Shown here: positions 51,032-60,756 of the stretch, piece by piece
Layout of the letters: each line of letters starts with the position of its first letter
How positions within the stretch are numbered: position 1 is the first letter of the stretch
Program-made: the position numbers and the translations under genes
Notes under the pieces: model-generated
Database searches by the model: none
Told to the model about the DNA's origin: nothing
What the model saw: the letters and a program-made list of their open reading frames with translations, nothing else
Assembly: GCA_951813565.1 (NCBI GenBank)
Contig: OX638351.1
Span: forward strand, 3,168,001 to 3,232,000
Direction: 5' to 3'
DNA: 64,000 bases
Origin: an uncultured Poribacteria bacterium
GTDB lineage: Bacteria; Poribacteria; WGA-4E; WGA-3G

Positions 51032-51814
51032 ATGAGATTAGTAACATATTTGTCCTTCATACTCCTACTTTTGGTAGGCGTTCTAACTGCACAAGCTGCA
51101 ATTAAAGATGACGGTTTGATTCTCTATTTCAGTTTTGATGAAACTAATGGTAAAAAAATTGAAGATAAAACCGGTGGAGGGAATGACGCTGAAATAATTA
51201 ATAACGCAGATATAACAACCGATGAAAAAAAGTTTGGTAAAGGTTCTTTGGAAATCAGAGATGCAAATGCTGATGTCCAAGTTCAACCTTTCAAAGAATT
51301 GAATGAATATCAGGACAACAGTTTTCTATTTTGGATCAACTTCATTGCAGCTCATAATGGTGCTTGGAGCCAAATTATCGCAAAAAAAGGACCTGGGGAC
51401 CGATCTCCTGGTATATGGATTTGCCCAAATTCTCTGAACATTCACTGGCGGTTCAACCCTGGAAATCAAGGCACCGAATGTGCTGGTCCTAAAGGAGAAG
51501 GATCCCTGTTTGAATTAGATAAATGGTATCATGTTGCGGGGACCAAAGAAGATGGAACATTGACGTTTTACATTGATGGCGAAAAAACCCAAACAAACGG
51601 TGTTCCGGCAAAACATAATCAGGGTGCTCAGCAACTTTTTATTGGTAAAACGGGATATAGAGCAGCAACCTTCTACATTGATGAACTTTACGTATACGAC
51701 AGAGCCCTTGATGGCGATGAGGTTTCAGGGGTGATGGAAGGTGACTTACTTCCTGTTGAACCCCAGGAAAAACTTGCCACTAAGTGGGGAAAAATGAAAA
51801 CGCGTCGTGACTAA
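51032..51814 (+). CDS. Secreted LamG-like jellyroll protein (divergently transcribed paralog of 49349-50131)
   Basis: Shares YQDNSF, HNGAWSQI, RSPG.W.CPNSLNIH; tail VEPQEKLATKWGKMK. Confidence 0.88.
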   Translation: MRLVTYLSFILLLLVGVLTAQAAIKDDGLILYFSFDETNGKKIEDKTGGGNDAEIINNADITTDEKKFGKGSLEIRDANADVQVQPFKELNEYQDNSFLFWINFIAAHNGAWSQIIAKKGPGDRSPGIWICPNSLNIHWRFNPGNQGTECAGPKGEGSLFELDKWYHVAGTKEDGTLTFYIDGEKTQTNGVPAKHNQGAQQLFIGKTGYRAATFYIDELYVYDRALDGDEVSGVMEGDLLPVEPQEKLATKWGKMKTRRD

Positions 51815-51830
51815 TTCCATATCCATAAAT

Positions 51831-51866
51831 ATAGGGACGGCTTCTATGCTGTCCCTATTCATTTTC
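51831..51866 (+). terminator. Intrinsic terminator
   Basis: ATAGGGACGGC-loop-GCTGTCCCTAT followed by a T-rich tract. Confidence 0.65.
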
Positions 51867-51957
51867 TATCCCCTTTGATTATGCATTCTTCATAAATAAG
51901 GGTGAATTTTAAATTAATTTCGCAACATTGATAAATATCCATATCACAGAGGACATA

Positions 51958-52746
51958 ATGAAAAAAGGAATATGTATTGGGTCATTGCCCGGCGATTCAA
52001 CAGATGCGCGGTTTAAACTTGCCAAAAAAGCAGGTTTTGACGGCGTTGAAATCGGAACATTAAGTAATGATACAGAACGCGTTAAAATAAAACAGTTGGC
52101 AACAGATAACGGAATTGAGTTGTGCAGCGTGATGAATGGAAAACATTGGTCACATCCACTTTCAGATGCGGATGCTGCGGTGCGTGAAGTGTCTCACAAT
52201 GCGATGCTTGATTCATTAGCGACAGCAGAGGCTATAGGTGCAGATACGGTGTTGCTTGTTGCAGCAGTTGTTAATCAAAAGACCACTTATGAAGAGGCAT
52301 ACCAACGTTCCCAAGAAGAAATTCGGAAATTGATTCCAACTGCAAAAGAAAAAGGACTAACCATTGCGATAGAGAACGTATGGAATAAATTTCTATTGAG
52401 TCCTATAGAATTTGCGCGTTACCTTGATGAATTTGAGAGCGATGCAGTTTCAGCTTATTTTGATGTCGGCAATATTGTTGCATACGGTTTTCCACAACAT
52501 TGGATCCATTCGCTTGGTTCTCGTATTTCCAAGGTACATGTAAAAGGCTTCAATGCAAATGAACACCGGTTTACATATCTGATTGAAGAATGCACAATTG
52601 ATTGGAACGCAGTAATGACAGCGCTAACAGATGTCGGGTATGACGACTATATGACAGCCGAACTACCAGTAGGAGCGGATGATCCGGAAGGCACAGTTCA
52701 TCAAATTAGCGAAGATATGGGTAAAATTATCGCTGGAGAAGTTTAG
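51958..52746 (+). CDS. Sugar phosphate isomerase/epimerase (hexulose-6-phosphate isomerase-like)
   Basis: AGFDGVE, IENVWNKFLLSP, YFDVGN, VHVK. Confidence 0.88.
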   Translation: MKKGICIGSLPGDSTDARFKLAKKAGFDGVEIGTLSNDTERVKIKQLATDNGIELCSVMNGKHWSHPLSDADAAVREVSHNAMLDSLATAEAIGADTVLLVAAVVNQKTTYEEAYQRSQEEIRKLIPTAKEKGLTIAIENVWNKFLLSPIEFARYLDEFESDAVSAYFDVGNIVAYGFPQHWIHSLGSRISKVHVKGFNANEHRFTYLIEECTIDWNAVMTALTDVGYDDYMTAELPVGADDPEGTVHQISEDMGKIIAGEV

Positions 52747-52759
52747 AGTTCAGTTTTAA

Positions 52760-53545
52760 ATGGAAGTTATTATTCAACCCTCTCATCATCAACTTGCTGT
52801 AATTGCCTCGGAAATCATTCGGGACGCACTCCTAAAAAAGCTTAACCTCGTGTTGGGTTTAGCGACAGGCAGTACCCCAATAGGGCTTTACAAAGCACTC
52901 GTACGCATGCACAAAGAAGACGGACTCGATTTTTCAAGGGTTACTACCTTTAATTTGGACGAGTACGTTAACATTCCCCGTGAACATCCGCAGAGCTATC
53001 ACACATTCATGGCGAAACACTTTTTTGACCATGTCAATATCTCCGTAGAGAATCAACATATCCCTCAAAATACTGCGGAGAACCATGAAACGTTTTGTGC
53101 AAGGTATGAGGAGGCGATTGAACGTGTTGGCGGTATTGATATTCAAGTACTGGGTATCGGTACGGACGGACATATCGGTTTTAATGAGGTGGGTTCGTCT
53201 CTCGCTTCACGAACCCGCATCGTAACCTTGACGGAAAGCACTCTTGTGGCAAATGCTATCCATTTTGGTGGCGATGTTAGCACGGTGCCAGAAATGGCAA
53301 TTACGATGGGGATTGGTACCATCATGCAAGTAAAGCAGTGCCTGCTTTTAGCATGTGGCACTTCAAAATCGGAAGCAATAGCAAAAGCGATTGAAGGTCC
53401 TATCACAGTTATGATGCCAGCGTCAGCTTTACAGATGCATCCAAATACGGTTGTTTTGATTGATGAAGCGGCGGCATCAAATCTCAAAGAGGTGGAGTAT
53501 TACAAAAGGTCTTATGCAAATAAGTTAAAACTTGAGTCTCAGTAG
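52760..53545 (+). CDS. nagB: Glucosamine-6-phosphate deaminase
   Basis: LGLATGSTP, FNLDEY, GIGTDGHIGFNE, AITMGIGTI. Confidence 0.95.
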   Translation: MEVIIQPSHHQLAVIASEIIRDALLKKLNLVLGLATGSTPIGLYKALVRMHKEDGLDFSRVTTFNLDEYVNIPREHPQSYHTFMAKHFFDHVNISVENQHIPQNTAENHETFCARYEEAIERVGGIDIQVLGIGTDGHIGFNEVGSSLASRTRIVTLTESTLVANAIHFGGDVSTVPEMAITMGIGTIMQVKQCLLLACGTSKSEAIAKAIEGPITVMMPASALQMHPNTVVLIDEAAASNLKEVEYYKRSYANKLKLESQ

Positions 53546-53593
53546 AAACCCGATACGTATTCGTGTAAGTGTGATTACAGTGCATTTCAATAA

Positions 53594-55021
53594 TTACTCG
53601 TCACACAGTCCATATTCTTTAGCTTTCCGTTGAATTGTTCGTCGACTGATGTCAAGGATTTTTGCTGCTTTTGCCTTGTTGTTGTCGGTATATTCAAGTG
53701 TAGCTCGTAACACTTCTCGGTTGATTTCTTCCAGCGACATACCGACTTCAACGTTAAGGTGGAGGTTTCCGTTGTCAAAGGAATCTGTTTTATGGAGGGT
53801 TGGTACTGAAGATATAATTGAATTTGTACCTGCTGTGGTCTTCAGGATACGTTCAGGTAAATCCGTCAGTTGTAGAGTCTCTTGTGTAGACATAACGACA
53901 AGTCCTTCAATGCAGTTTTTCAGCTCGCGCACATTTCCGGGCCAGTGATATTTCATCAAAACTCTAACAGATTCTGGCGTAAGTGCTCTTAATGTTTTTC
54001 CGTTTTCTCTACAAAATTCTTCCAGAAAATCGTTGACAAGCAGTGGAATATCTTCAATTCGTTCTTGAAGTGTTGGTAGGTTAATGGAAACGACGTTAAG
54101 TCGGTCATAGAGATCATGTAGGAATTCACCTTTACTGCAAGCATCTTCTAAGTCATGGTTCGTAGCGCAGATAATACGAACGTTAACTTGGATTGTTTTA
54201 TCTCCTCCCACGCGTTCAAATTCTCGTTCTTCAAGCACACGCAGTAGACGTGCTTGGTTAGAAAGACTCAGTTGAGAAACTTCGTCAAGGAAAAGCGTCC
54301 CTCCGTGAGCAAGTTCAAACCGGCCCTTCCTTTGATTATAAGCACCGCTGAAAGCACCGCGCTCGTGCCCGAAAAGTTCGGATTCTGCCAAATTCTCATT
54401 AAGGGTCGCACAGTTAAAGGCGATAAGATTACCTTGTCGTAAACTCCGATGGTGTATGGCGCGTGCGACCAATTCTTTTCCAGTGCCACGAGCACCATAA
54501 ATCATTACGGTCGCCTTTGTCGGGGCAATTTGGGTAATCATTTCACGAATCTGTATGAGTTGTGGCGATTTACCTGTAAGTCTACAAAGACCTTCCTTTT
54601 CGTCAATTTGTGATCGAAGTTGTCGATTTTCAAAAGTGAGTCGTTGATTCTGAAGTGTTTTATGGAGGAGAGCCTTAAGGTGAACTGGATTAAGCGGTTT
54701 GTAGAGAAAATAAGTTCCTTCATGTGCCAGCATCGCCTTGATACCAATATCGGTTTCTAAAACGTTGGGAGCCGTAATAAAAATAATCCCGACATCCGGA
54801 TGGTGACGTGTAGCAGCTTCCAAGAGAGCTAATCCATCAATCCGTTCGGCTTTCAGAGGCGCAATCAAGATGTCCATCGTCAGGTGTTCAATCCGATGAA
54901 AAGCTTGATACATATTACCTGTAACGATTAGATTGAGTCCTTCCCCGTCAAGTGCTTGACAAATAATCTCACGTTGTCGAGGATTGGCATCTACAATCAG
55001 GACGTTTTTTCGGATGTTCAT
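53594..55021 (-). CDS. sigma-54 enhancer-binding protein (NtrC-like) with atypical receiver
   Basis: GARGTGKE, ESELFGHERGAFSGA, LFLDEV, WPGNVREL, C-terminal Fis HTH. Confidence 0.92.
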   Translation of the reverse strand: MNIRKNVLIVDANPRQREIICQALDGEGLNLIVTGNMYQAFHRIEHLTMDILIAPLKAERIDGLALLEAATRHHPDVGIIFITAPNVLETDIGIKAMLAHEGTYFLYKPLNPVHLKALLHKTLQNQRLTFENRQLRSQIDEKEGLCRLTGKSPQLIQIREMITQIAPTKATVMIYGARGTGKELVARAIHHRSLRQGNLIAFNCATLNENLAESELFGHERGAFSGAYNQRKGRFELAHGGTLFLDEVSQLSLSNQARLLRVLEEREFERVGGDKTIQVNVRIICATNHDLEDACSKGEFLHDLYDRLNVVSINLPTLQERIEDIPLLVNDFLEEFCRENGKTLRALTPESVRVLMKYHWPGNVRELKNCIEGLVVMSTQETLQLTDLPERILKTTAGTNSIISSVPTLHKTDSFDNGNLHLNVEVGMSLEEINREVLRATLEYTDNNKAKAAKILDISRRTIQRKAKEYGLCDE

Positions 55022-55384
55022 TTGCCACCCTGGCTCTCTTTAGAATTTCAGTATAATTAAATACGTTTGCGTGTACTATTGAAACATGCCTACTGGAAAT
55101 GTTTGTACGTAAACATCGTCTTGATAGATTATACCTGATGTTTCTATCTTTCGTCAACAAGAATGTTGTAATTCCAGAGCTATTCAGTTTTCGTGTTTTT
55201 CTCAACATTTTGGCGCATTGGTCGAGACCAGGAGGTTGCTCCTACAAGAAGAAAATCGGGCGGACAAGGTCTCCCTCCCACAAGAGCAAATCCAGCATTT
55301 TTTCTTAAGTTGATACTTATAGGTTTCGCGTTTGCTCTACCTGACCTATAAAATAATGAATATCGTCACATAGAAATGATATTA

Positions 55385-55654
55385 GAACGTATCTCATAAA
55401 TCATTTGTAGGGCGAGGTCCCGGGGAATGCCATAAGGCATTCGGACCCGGTGAATGACTAAAGACGAATGCGCTTGGTAGAATACGCTTTTGGTATTCTA
55501 CATGATTCGCCATGATTCATACCGTTGATTTCTTGATTTGGTGCCTCGCCATGTCTCATAAATGAAAAATCATGGGCGGGCACAGAGACCCGCCCCTACG
55601 ATGGAGTTGAATTTTCTGGTGGGAACCGTGTTTAACGATTTATGAGATAGACTT
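55385..55654. mobile_element. MITE with TATCTCATAAATC terminal repeats and TA flanks
   Basis: GAACGTATCTCATAAATC ... GATTTATGAGATAGACTT. Carries two REPs and a nested hairpin cassette. Confidence 0.7.
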
Positions 55655-55707
55655 TACATAATCGAATTATCATATTTTCGGGAATTGTGTGTTTTTCAGA
55701 GTTTTTG

Positions 55708-55736
55708 TTGACTTAGAAACTACACTTGAGTATACT
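55708..55736 (+). promoter_or_regulatory. sigma-70-type promoter
   Basis: TTGACT-17 nt-TATACT. Confidence 0.55.
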
Positions 55737-55914
55737 TATTGACATATAGTGTCTCTATTTTCTTAATCCATTTCAATTGTAAAGACTTTTACAATAAAAC
55801 CAACGATTTATATTTGATATAAATTCAGAGATTATTAACTTGTTAAAAATTATTAGACATATCCGACATACCGAAGATATTTACCAATTTACATAAGGGA
55901 AAAGGGTTATGTAA

Positions 55915-56535
55915 ATGAATGATAATTCAAAAAGTTTGTGTTTTCTCGGTGGTACAAGCGCTGTCCTTAGTGGACTTCTCATGATATTTTTAAGTTATTG
56001 GTTCGCTTTTCGACCTGAGGCAACTCATGATGCTATGCATGGGGTCAGTGTGGTAATGCTTATTTTGGTCGTGCCAACAGTCATTGCTGCTACTGTTCTA
56101 CTCATAAAAGATGCGAAAACAGGCGCTCTTTTAGGGGTGGGGTTCGCAACGCTTTGGATCGTGTTGGAACTGATAGCACACTGTTCTCAAACTGCACCTT
56201 TGAAGACGCTCCATGCATTGATACAGGAAACAGCAACACAAGAGTTTGGAGACAAAATCAATCTGGTATGGCAAGAATGGTCACAAGCACTCACACTTAT
56301 TGGGGCGTTCTTATTCTCTGTGGCTGCATTGTGTTACGGTACATCTCTCCGTGCGTGGGGAAATCCTGCTTCTGCGTATCTGCTGATATTGTCTGCAATC
56401 GTTTTCGCGATTACTTTCATACCAGGCGTAAGTTTCTATTGGCACATTTTGATCCGAGGCATTGCCTTTATATTTTTTGGCGGTGTTCTTGTGCAGGCAA
56501 GCCGTGAGGCGGTTGATGAGGAATGGAAAGCATAA
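55915..56535 (+). CDS. Integral membrane protein (about 6 TM)
   Basis: Multiple hydrophobic segments. Confidence 0.75.
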   Translation: MNDNSKSLCFLGGTSAVLSGLLMIFLSYWFAFRPEATHDAMHGVSVVMLILVVPTVIAATVLLIKDAKTGALLGVGFATLWIVLELIAHCSQTAPLKTLHALIQETATQEFGDKINLVWQEWSQALTLIGAFLFSVAALCYGTSLRAWGNPASAYLLILSAIVFAITFIPGVSFYWHILIRGIAFIFFGGVLVQASREAVDEEWKA

Positions 56536-56647
56536 TCTCTGCCCAGTAAAAGCAGACCGTTGACACTGTAGACACAGATTGAACTGATAAAATAAAAAAA
56601 GATGAAACACGTATTATTGACTGTTCATTTAACTGATACGTGTGCAA

Positions 56648-57451
56648 TTATTCTCTTTCTATTTCCGGTGAATCTACTTCATTCAATAACTGTTCTAATT
56701 CGGTCAAGAGATCTGTGTCATCCTCTTCACTCGTCTCATTACCACTGTTGTCACCATCTTCTGTGCCGAGAGCCTCTAAATCGGATCGGAATTCAATGAG
56801 GTTGCTAAGGTAACGTTCACGCGTAATATTTTCTGCTTCACCATGTTCCTCGCGTAAACATTCTCCACAAAATTCACCAATCTGTTGAATTCCAATGTCA
56901 ATTTGCTGTAAAGCTGTGTCAGGATCATCCTCTTGCAGGCTTAATTCCGCTTTAGCAATGCTGTTCATCATAATCATATACCCTTTATATTGGTAACTTT
57001 GCCAAGCAATTTCGGAGGGTGCATATTCGCGAGCCAAATTAGTTACAGATAAATTCATATCCGTATCGCGTTTCACATCTTCCCATCGTTTAATACCTGC
57101 GAATAGAAGATATCGAGTATAGCGATGGAAAGATTCCTCAAACAACGTTTGCCACTCCTCTTCTGTTAATTCAAAACCTTCCCGTGTTCCGTTTTCTTCT
57201 TCATACTTTTCTAATTTCCCAGTAAAATAATCGTAGTATGAATCCATTCCGTGAGGACGTGAACCATCGGGACGCCCCGTAGCATAGATACGTGAAACTG
57301 TGAAAGCGTTCGGTTGTACGACAACCACTTCTCTACCGTCTTCAATTGTCAGAATCCTGATTGGATGATCTTCGTCAAGGTTAAGGACTTGGAGAAGTCT
57401 ATCAAGCGCTTGAACCCACCGTGTATTTCTTTGTGTCGAATCGTTTGCCAT
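56648..57451 (-). CDS. Conserved hypothetical protein (GRPDG.RPHG motif)
   Basis: Starts 3 nt after the carB stop. GRPDGSRPHG..SYYDY resembles an uncharacterised family I recall from Planctomycetota/Verrucomicrobiota. Confidence 0.7.
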   Translation of the reverse strand: MANDSTQRNTRWVQALDRLLQVLNLDEDHPIRILTIEDGREVVVVQPNAFTVSRIYATGRPDGSRPHGMDSYYDYFTGKLEKYEEENGTREGFELTEEEWQTLFEESFHRYTRYLLFAGIKRWEDVKRDTDMNLSVTNLAREYAPSEIAWQSYQYKGYMIMMNSIAKAELSLQEDDPDTALQQIDIGIQQIGEFCGECLREEHGEAENITRERYLSNLIEFRSDLEALGTEDGDNSGNETSEEDDTDLLTELEQLLNEVDSPEIERE

Positions 57452-57454
57452 TTT

Positions 57455-60400
57455 TTACCTTAATTCCGATTTATGATAATCTTGGAGTGGTGAAACTGAA
57501 ATATCTCCGCGTTGTAGCGCGTCAATGGCGTTTACAGCAGCGGCTGCACCTGGAATAGTTGAGAAGATCGGAATATCATGTTCTATCGCCATCTGGCGGA
57601 TAAGTAGTTCATTGGTTCGGTGCAAATCGCCTGTTGGTGTATTGATAATCAAGTCAACTGCATGGTTTTTAATATAGTCATGAATTGTCGGCCTACCTTT
57701 GCCGATGCTATACACGAGTTGAACGTCCATTCCGTTACGGAGCAATACTTTCGCTGTACCGTGTGTGGCAATGAGTTCAAATCCCATATCTGTGAGTTTC
57801 TTTGCTATAAAGATCACAGCGCGTTTGTCCTTGTTTCTCACACTGATAAAAGCATTACCTTTCAGAGGCAATGTATATCCACAAGCTTTTTGTGCCTTCG
57901 CAAAAGCGCGGGAAACATCGCTATCAATTCCCATGACCTCCCCTGTTGATTTCATTTCGGGACCAAGTCGAGAGTTTGCGCCGGGAAATCGATTGAATGG
58001 AAAAACAGGTGCCTTCACGCTAAAATACGGAGGTTCAATTTCGCGCGTAAATCCGAGTTCATGCAGTGTTTTTCCTGCCATCACGCGCGCAGCTAACTTT
58101 GCCAGCGGAACACCGATGGCTTTACTCACAAACGGTATAGTTCTGGAAGCGCGCGGATTCACCTCAAGCACAAAAATTTCATCGTTCTTAATCGCATACT
58201 GTACGTTCATTAATCCACGTACGTTTAGTGCTTTTGCAAGTGCGTAGGTATACTCCTTGAGTTGATCAATTTGTTCGTCAACCAATGTATACGGAGGAAG
58301 GACACAGTCGCTGTCCCCTGAATGAACTCCTGCCTCTTCAATATGTTCCATGATACCACCGATAACAGTTAAGTTTCCATCAGAAATTGCATCTACATCT
58401 ACCTCAATTGCTTCTTCAAGATATTTGTCAATAAGCACAGGGTGCTCAGGTGAGGCTTGTACAGCAGATTCCATATATTCCTGTAGGAGTTTTTCATCGT
58501 AAACAATTTGCATAGCACGCCCACCCAGAACAAATGACGGACGGACAATTACAGGATATCCAAGCGATGCGGCGATAGGCGCTGCTTCCTCACTTGAGGT
58601 TGCAGTGCCGTTAGGTGGTTGCATTAATCTGATTTCGTCTAACACCTCTTTGAAAAGTTGACGATTTTCAGAACGAGCGATGTCTTCAGGACTTGTGCCG
58701 ATTATCGGAACGCCTGCATCTTTAAGCACCATTGCAAGATTCAGTGGTGTTTGCCCGCCGAATTGCACGATGACCCCGATAGGTTTCTCTTTGTCGTAAA
58801 TATTCAAAACATCTTCGCAAGTCAAAGGTTCAAAGTAGAGACGATCAGAGGTATCGTAATCTGTGCTTACCGTTTCGGGATTGCTGTTCACCATGATAGT
58901 TTCATAACCATCTGCTTTGAGTGCCATTGCAGCATGCACGCAACAATAGTCAAATTCTATACCTTGCCCGATACGGTTAGGTCCGCCGCCTAAAATCATG
59001 ATTTTTTCTTTATCTGTGGGACGTACTTCGTCTTCACTGGAACAGGTTGAATAATAGTAAGGTGTTTCTGCTTCAAACTCTGCTGCACAGGTATCAACAG
59101 TTTTGAACGTTGCTTCAATTCCAAGTGTTTTTCGTGTTTTTCGCATTTGGGTCTCTGACACATCATAGATTTCAGCGAGCTGCCGATCCGAAAAACCGAA
59201 CTGTTTTGCTTGACGTAGGAGAGATACTGCCTCTGCATCTGACTTTCCGTTTTCTACAAAGGGTCGTGTCTGCGGTGACGAAAGATATTTTTCAAAGTCA
59301 ACAATTTCTTGGAGATTGTAGAGGAAAAACGGATCAATATGTGTATAGGAATAGATGTCTTCAATAGTCATCCCACGCTTGAGGGCAGACTTGATGTAAA
59401 AGATACGTTCAACATTTGGGATCGTCAATTTACTTGATAGTTCTGAGAGTGGTAGTTCTTCAAGTGGATGATTGTCAAATCCTGACCAACCAGTTTCTAA
59501 AGATCGCAAGCCTTTCTGAAGTGCTTCCTTGAAAGTGCCACCAATGGACATCGCTTCACCGACAGATTTCATCTGCGTTGTCAATGTTTCATCGGTGCCT
59601 TGAAACTTTTCAAATGCCCATCTCGGAATTTTGACGACAACGTAGTCAATGGTCGGTTCGAAACATGCAGGTGTTTCTGCGGTGATGTCGTTCGGGATTT
59701 CATCTAAATTATACCCGACAGCTAACTTCGCGGCAATTTTGGCAATTGGGAAACCTGTTGCTTTTGAGGCAAGTGCGGAACTACGGGAAACACGCGGGTT
59801 CATTTCAATCACAACCTGTTCACCAGTCTTTGGATCAACAGCAAATTGAATATTGGAACCACCTGTATCCACACCGATTTCTCGGATGATTTTAATCGCT
59901 GAATCCCGCATCTCCTGATACTCTTTATCGGTTAATGTTTGGATCGGCGCAACGGTGATACTATCTCCAGTATGAACACCCATCGGATCGACATTTTCAA
60001 TGGAGCAGATGATAACAACGTTGTCCGCGCCATCCCGCATCACTTCTAATTCAAATTCCTTCCAACCGATGATAGATTCTTCAATGAGCAATTCGTTGAT
60101 TGGACTTAAGGCAAGACCTGTGGCGACCATTTTCTGATACTCTTCTATGTTGTAAGCGATGCCACCACCTGTGCCACCGAGTGTAAATGCAGGACGGATA
60201 ATTGCAGGAAAACCGATCTCGTCAATCAACGCTATTGCTTCCTGCGTAGAGTGTGCTATACCGCTCTTAGGAACAGCTAAACCGATTTTTTCCATCGCCT
60301 GTTTGAACAGCGCACGGTCTTCTGCTTTCTGAATAGCAGGTAATTTTGCACCAATCAGTTCTACGTCGTATTTTTCCAGAACACCTGATTCAGCAAGTGC

Positions 60401-60700
60401 CACCGAGACGTTCAATGCTGTTTGTCCACCTAATGTTGGTAACAAGGCGTGCGGACGTTCCTTCTCTATTATGAGTTCTACCGTGTCTGCTGTAATCGGT
60501 TCAACGTAGGTGCGGTCGGCGAAATCCGGGTCGGTCATAATTGTTGCTGGATTACTATTGACCAGAACAATCTGATAGCCCTCTTCTTTGAGCGCTTTGC
60601 ATGCCTGCGTTCCGGAGTAATCGAATTCACATGCTTGACCGATGATGATCGCGCCGGAACCTATAATTAAGATCTTTTCTATATCTGTTCGCTTTGGCAT
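57455..60700 (-). CDS. carB: Carbamoyl-phosphate synthase large subunit
   Basis: [25 protein letters not shown], two ATP-grasp halves, MGS domain. Confidence 0.98.
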   Translation of the reverse strand: MPKRTDIEKILIIGSGAIIIGQACEFDYSGTQACKALKEEGYQIVLVNSNPATIMTDPDFADRTYVEPITADTVELIIEKERPHALLPTLGGQTALNVSVALAESGVLEKYDVELIGAKLPAIQKAEDRALFKQAMEKIGLAVPKSGIAHSTQEAIALIDEIGFPAIIRPAFTLGGTGGGIAYNIEEYQKMVATGLALSPINELLIEESIIGWKEFELEVMRDGADNVVIICSIENVDPMGVHTGDSITVAPIQTLTDKEYQEMRDSAIKIIREIGVDTGGSNIQFAVDPKTGEQVVIEMNPRVSRSSALASKATGFPIAKIAAKLAVGYNLDEIPNDITAETPACFEPTIDYVVVKIPRWAFEKFQGTDETLTTQMKSVGEAMSIGGTFKEALQKGLRSLETGWSGFDNHPLEELPLSELSSKLTIPNVERIFYIKSALKRGMTIEDIYSYTHIDPFFLYNLQEIVDFEKYLSSPQTRPFVENGKSDAEAVSLLRQAKQFGFSDRQLAEIYDVSETQMRKTRKTLGIEATFKTVDTCAAEFEAETPYYYSTCSSEDEVRPTDKEKIMILGGGPNRIGQGIEFDYCCVHAAMALKADGYETIMVNSNPETVSTDYDTSDRLYFEPLTCEDVLNIYDKEKPIGVIVQFGGQTPLNLAMVLKDAGVPIIGTSPEDIARSENRQLFKEVLDEIRLMQPPNGTATSSEEAAPIAASLGYPVIVRPSFVLGGRAMQIVYDEKLLQEYMESAVQASPEHPVLIDKYLEEAIEVDVDAISDGNLTVIGGIMEHIEEAGVHSGDSDCVLPPYTLVDEQIDQLKEYTYALAKALNVRGLMNVQYAIKNDEIFVLEVNPRASRTIPFVSKAIGVPLAKLAARVMAGKTLHELGFTREIEPPYFSVKAPVFPFNRFPGANSRLGPEMKSTGEVMGIDSDVSRAFAKAQKACGYTLPLKGNAFISVRNKDKRAVIFIAKKLTDMGFELIATHGTAKVLLRNGMDVQLVYSIGKGRPTIHDYIKNHAVDLIINTPTGDLHRTNELLIRQMAIEHDIPIFSTIPGAAAAVNAIDALQRGDISVSPLQDYHKSELR

Positions 60701-60756
60701 TTTCTTATGGTAATTGGTTATTGAAAAGGTTTAAATGCGTATTAAAAATATCTTTT

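Noticed and set aside
35440..55540. 33-35 bp hairpin units as CRISPR repeats
   Set aside because: They are dispersed and nested rather than regularly spaced, have no spacers, and no cas genes are present.
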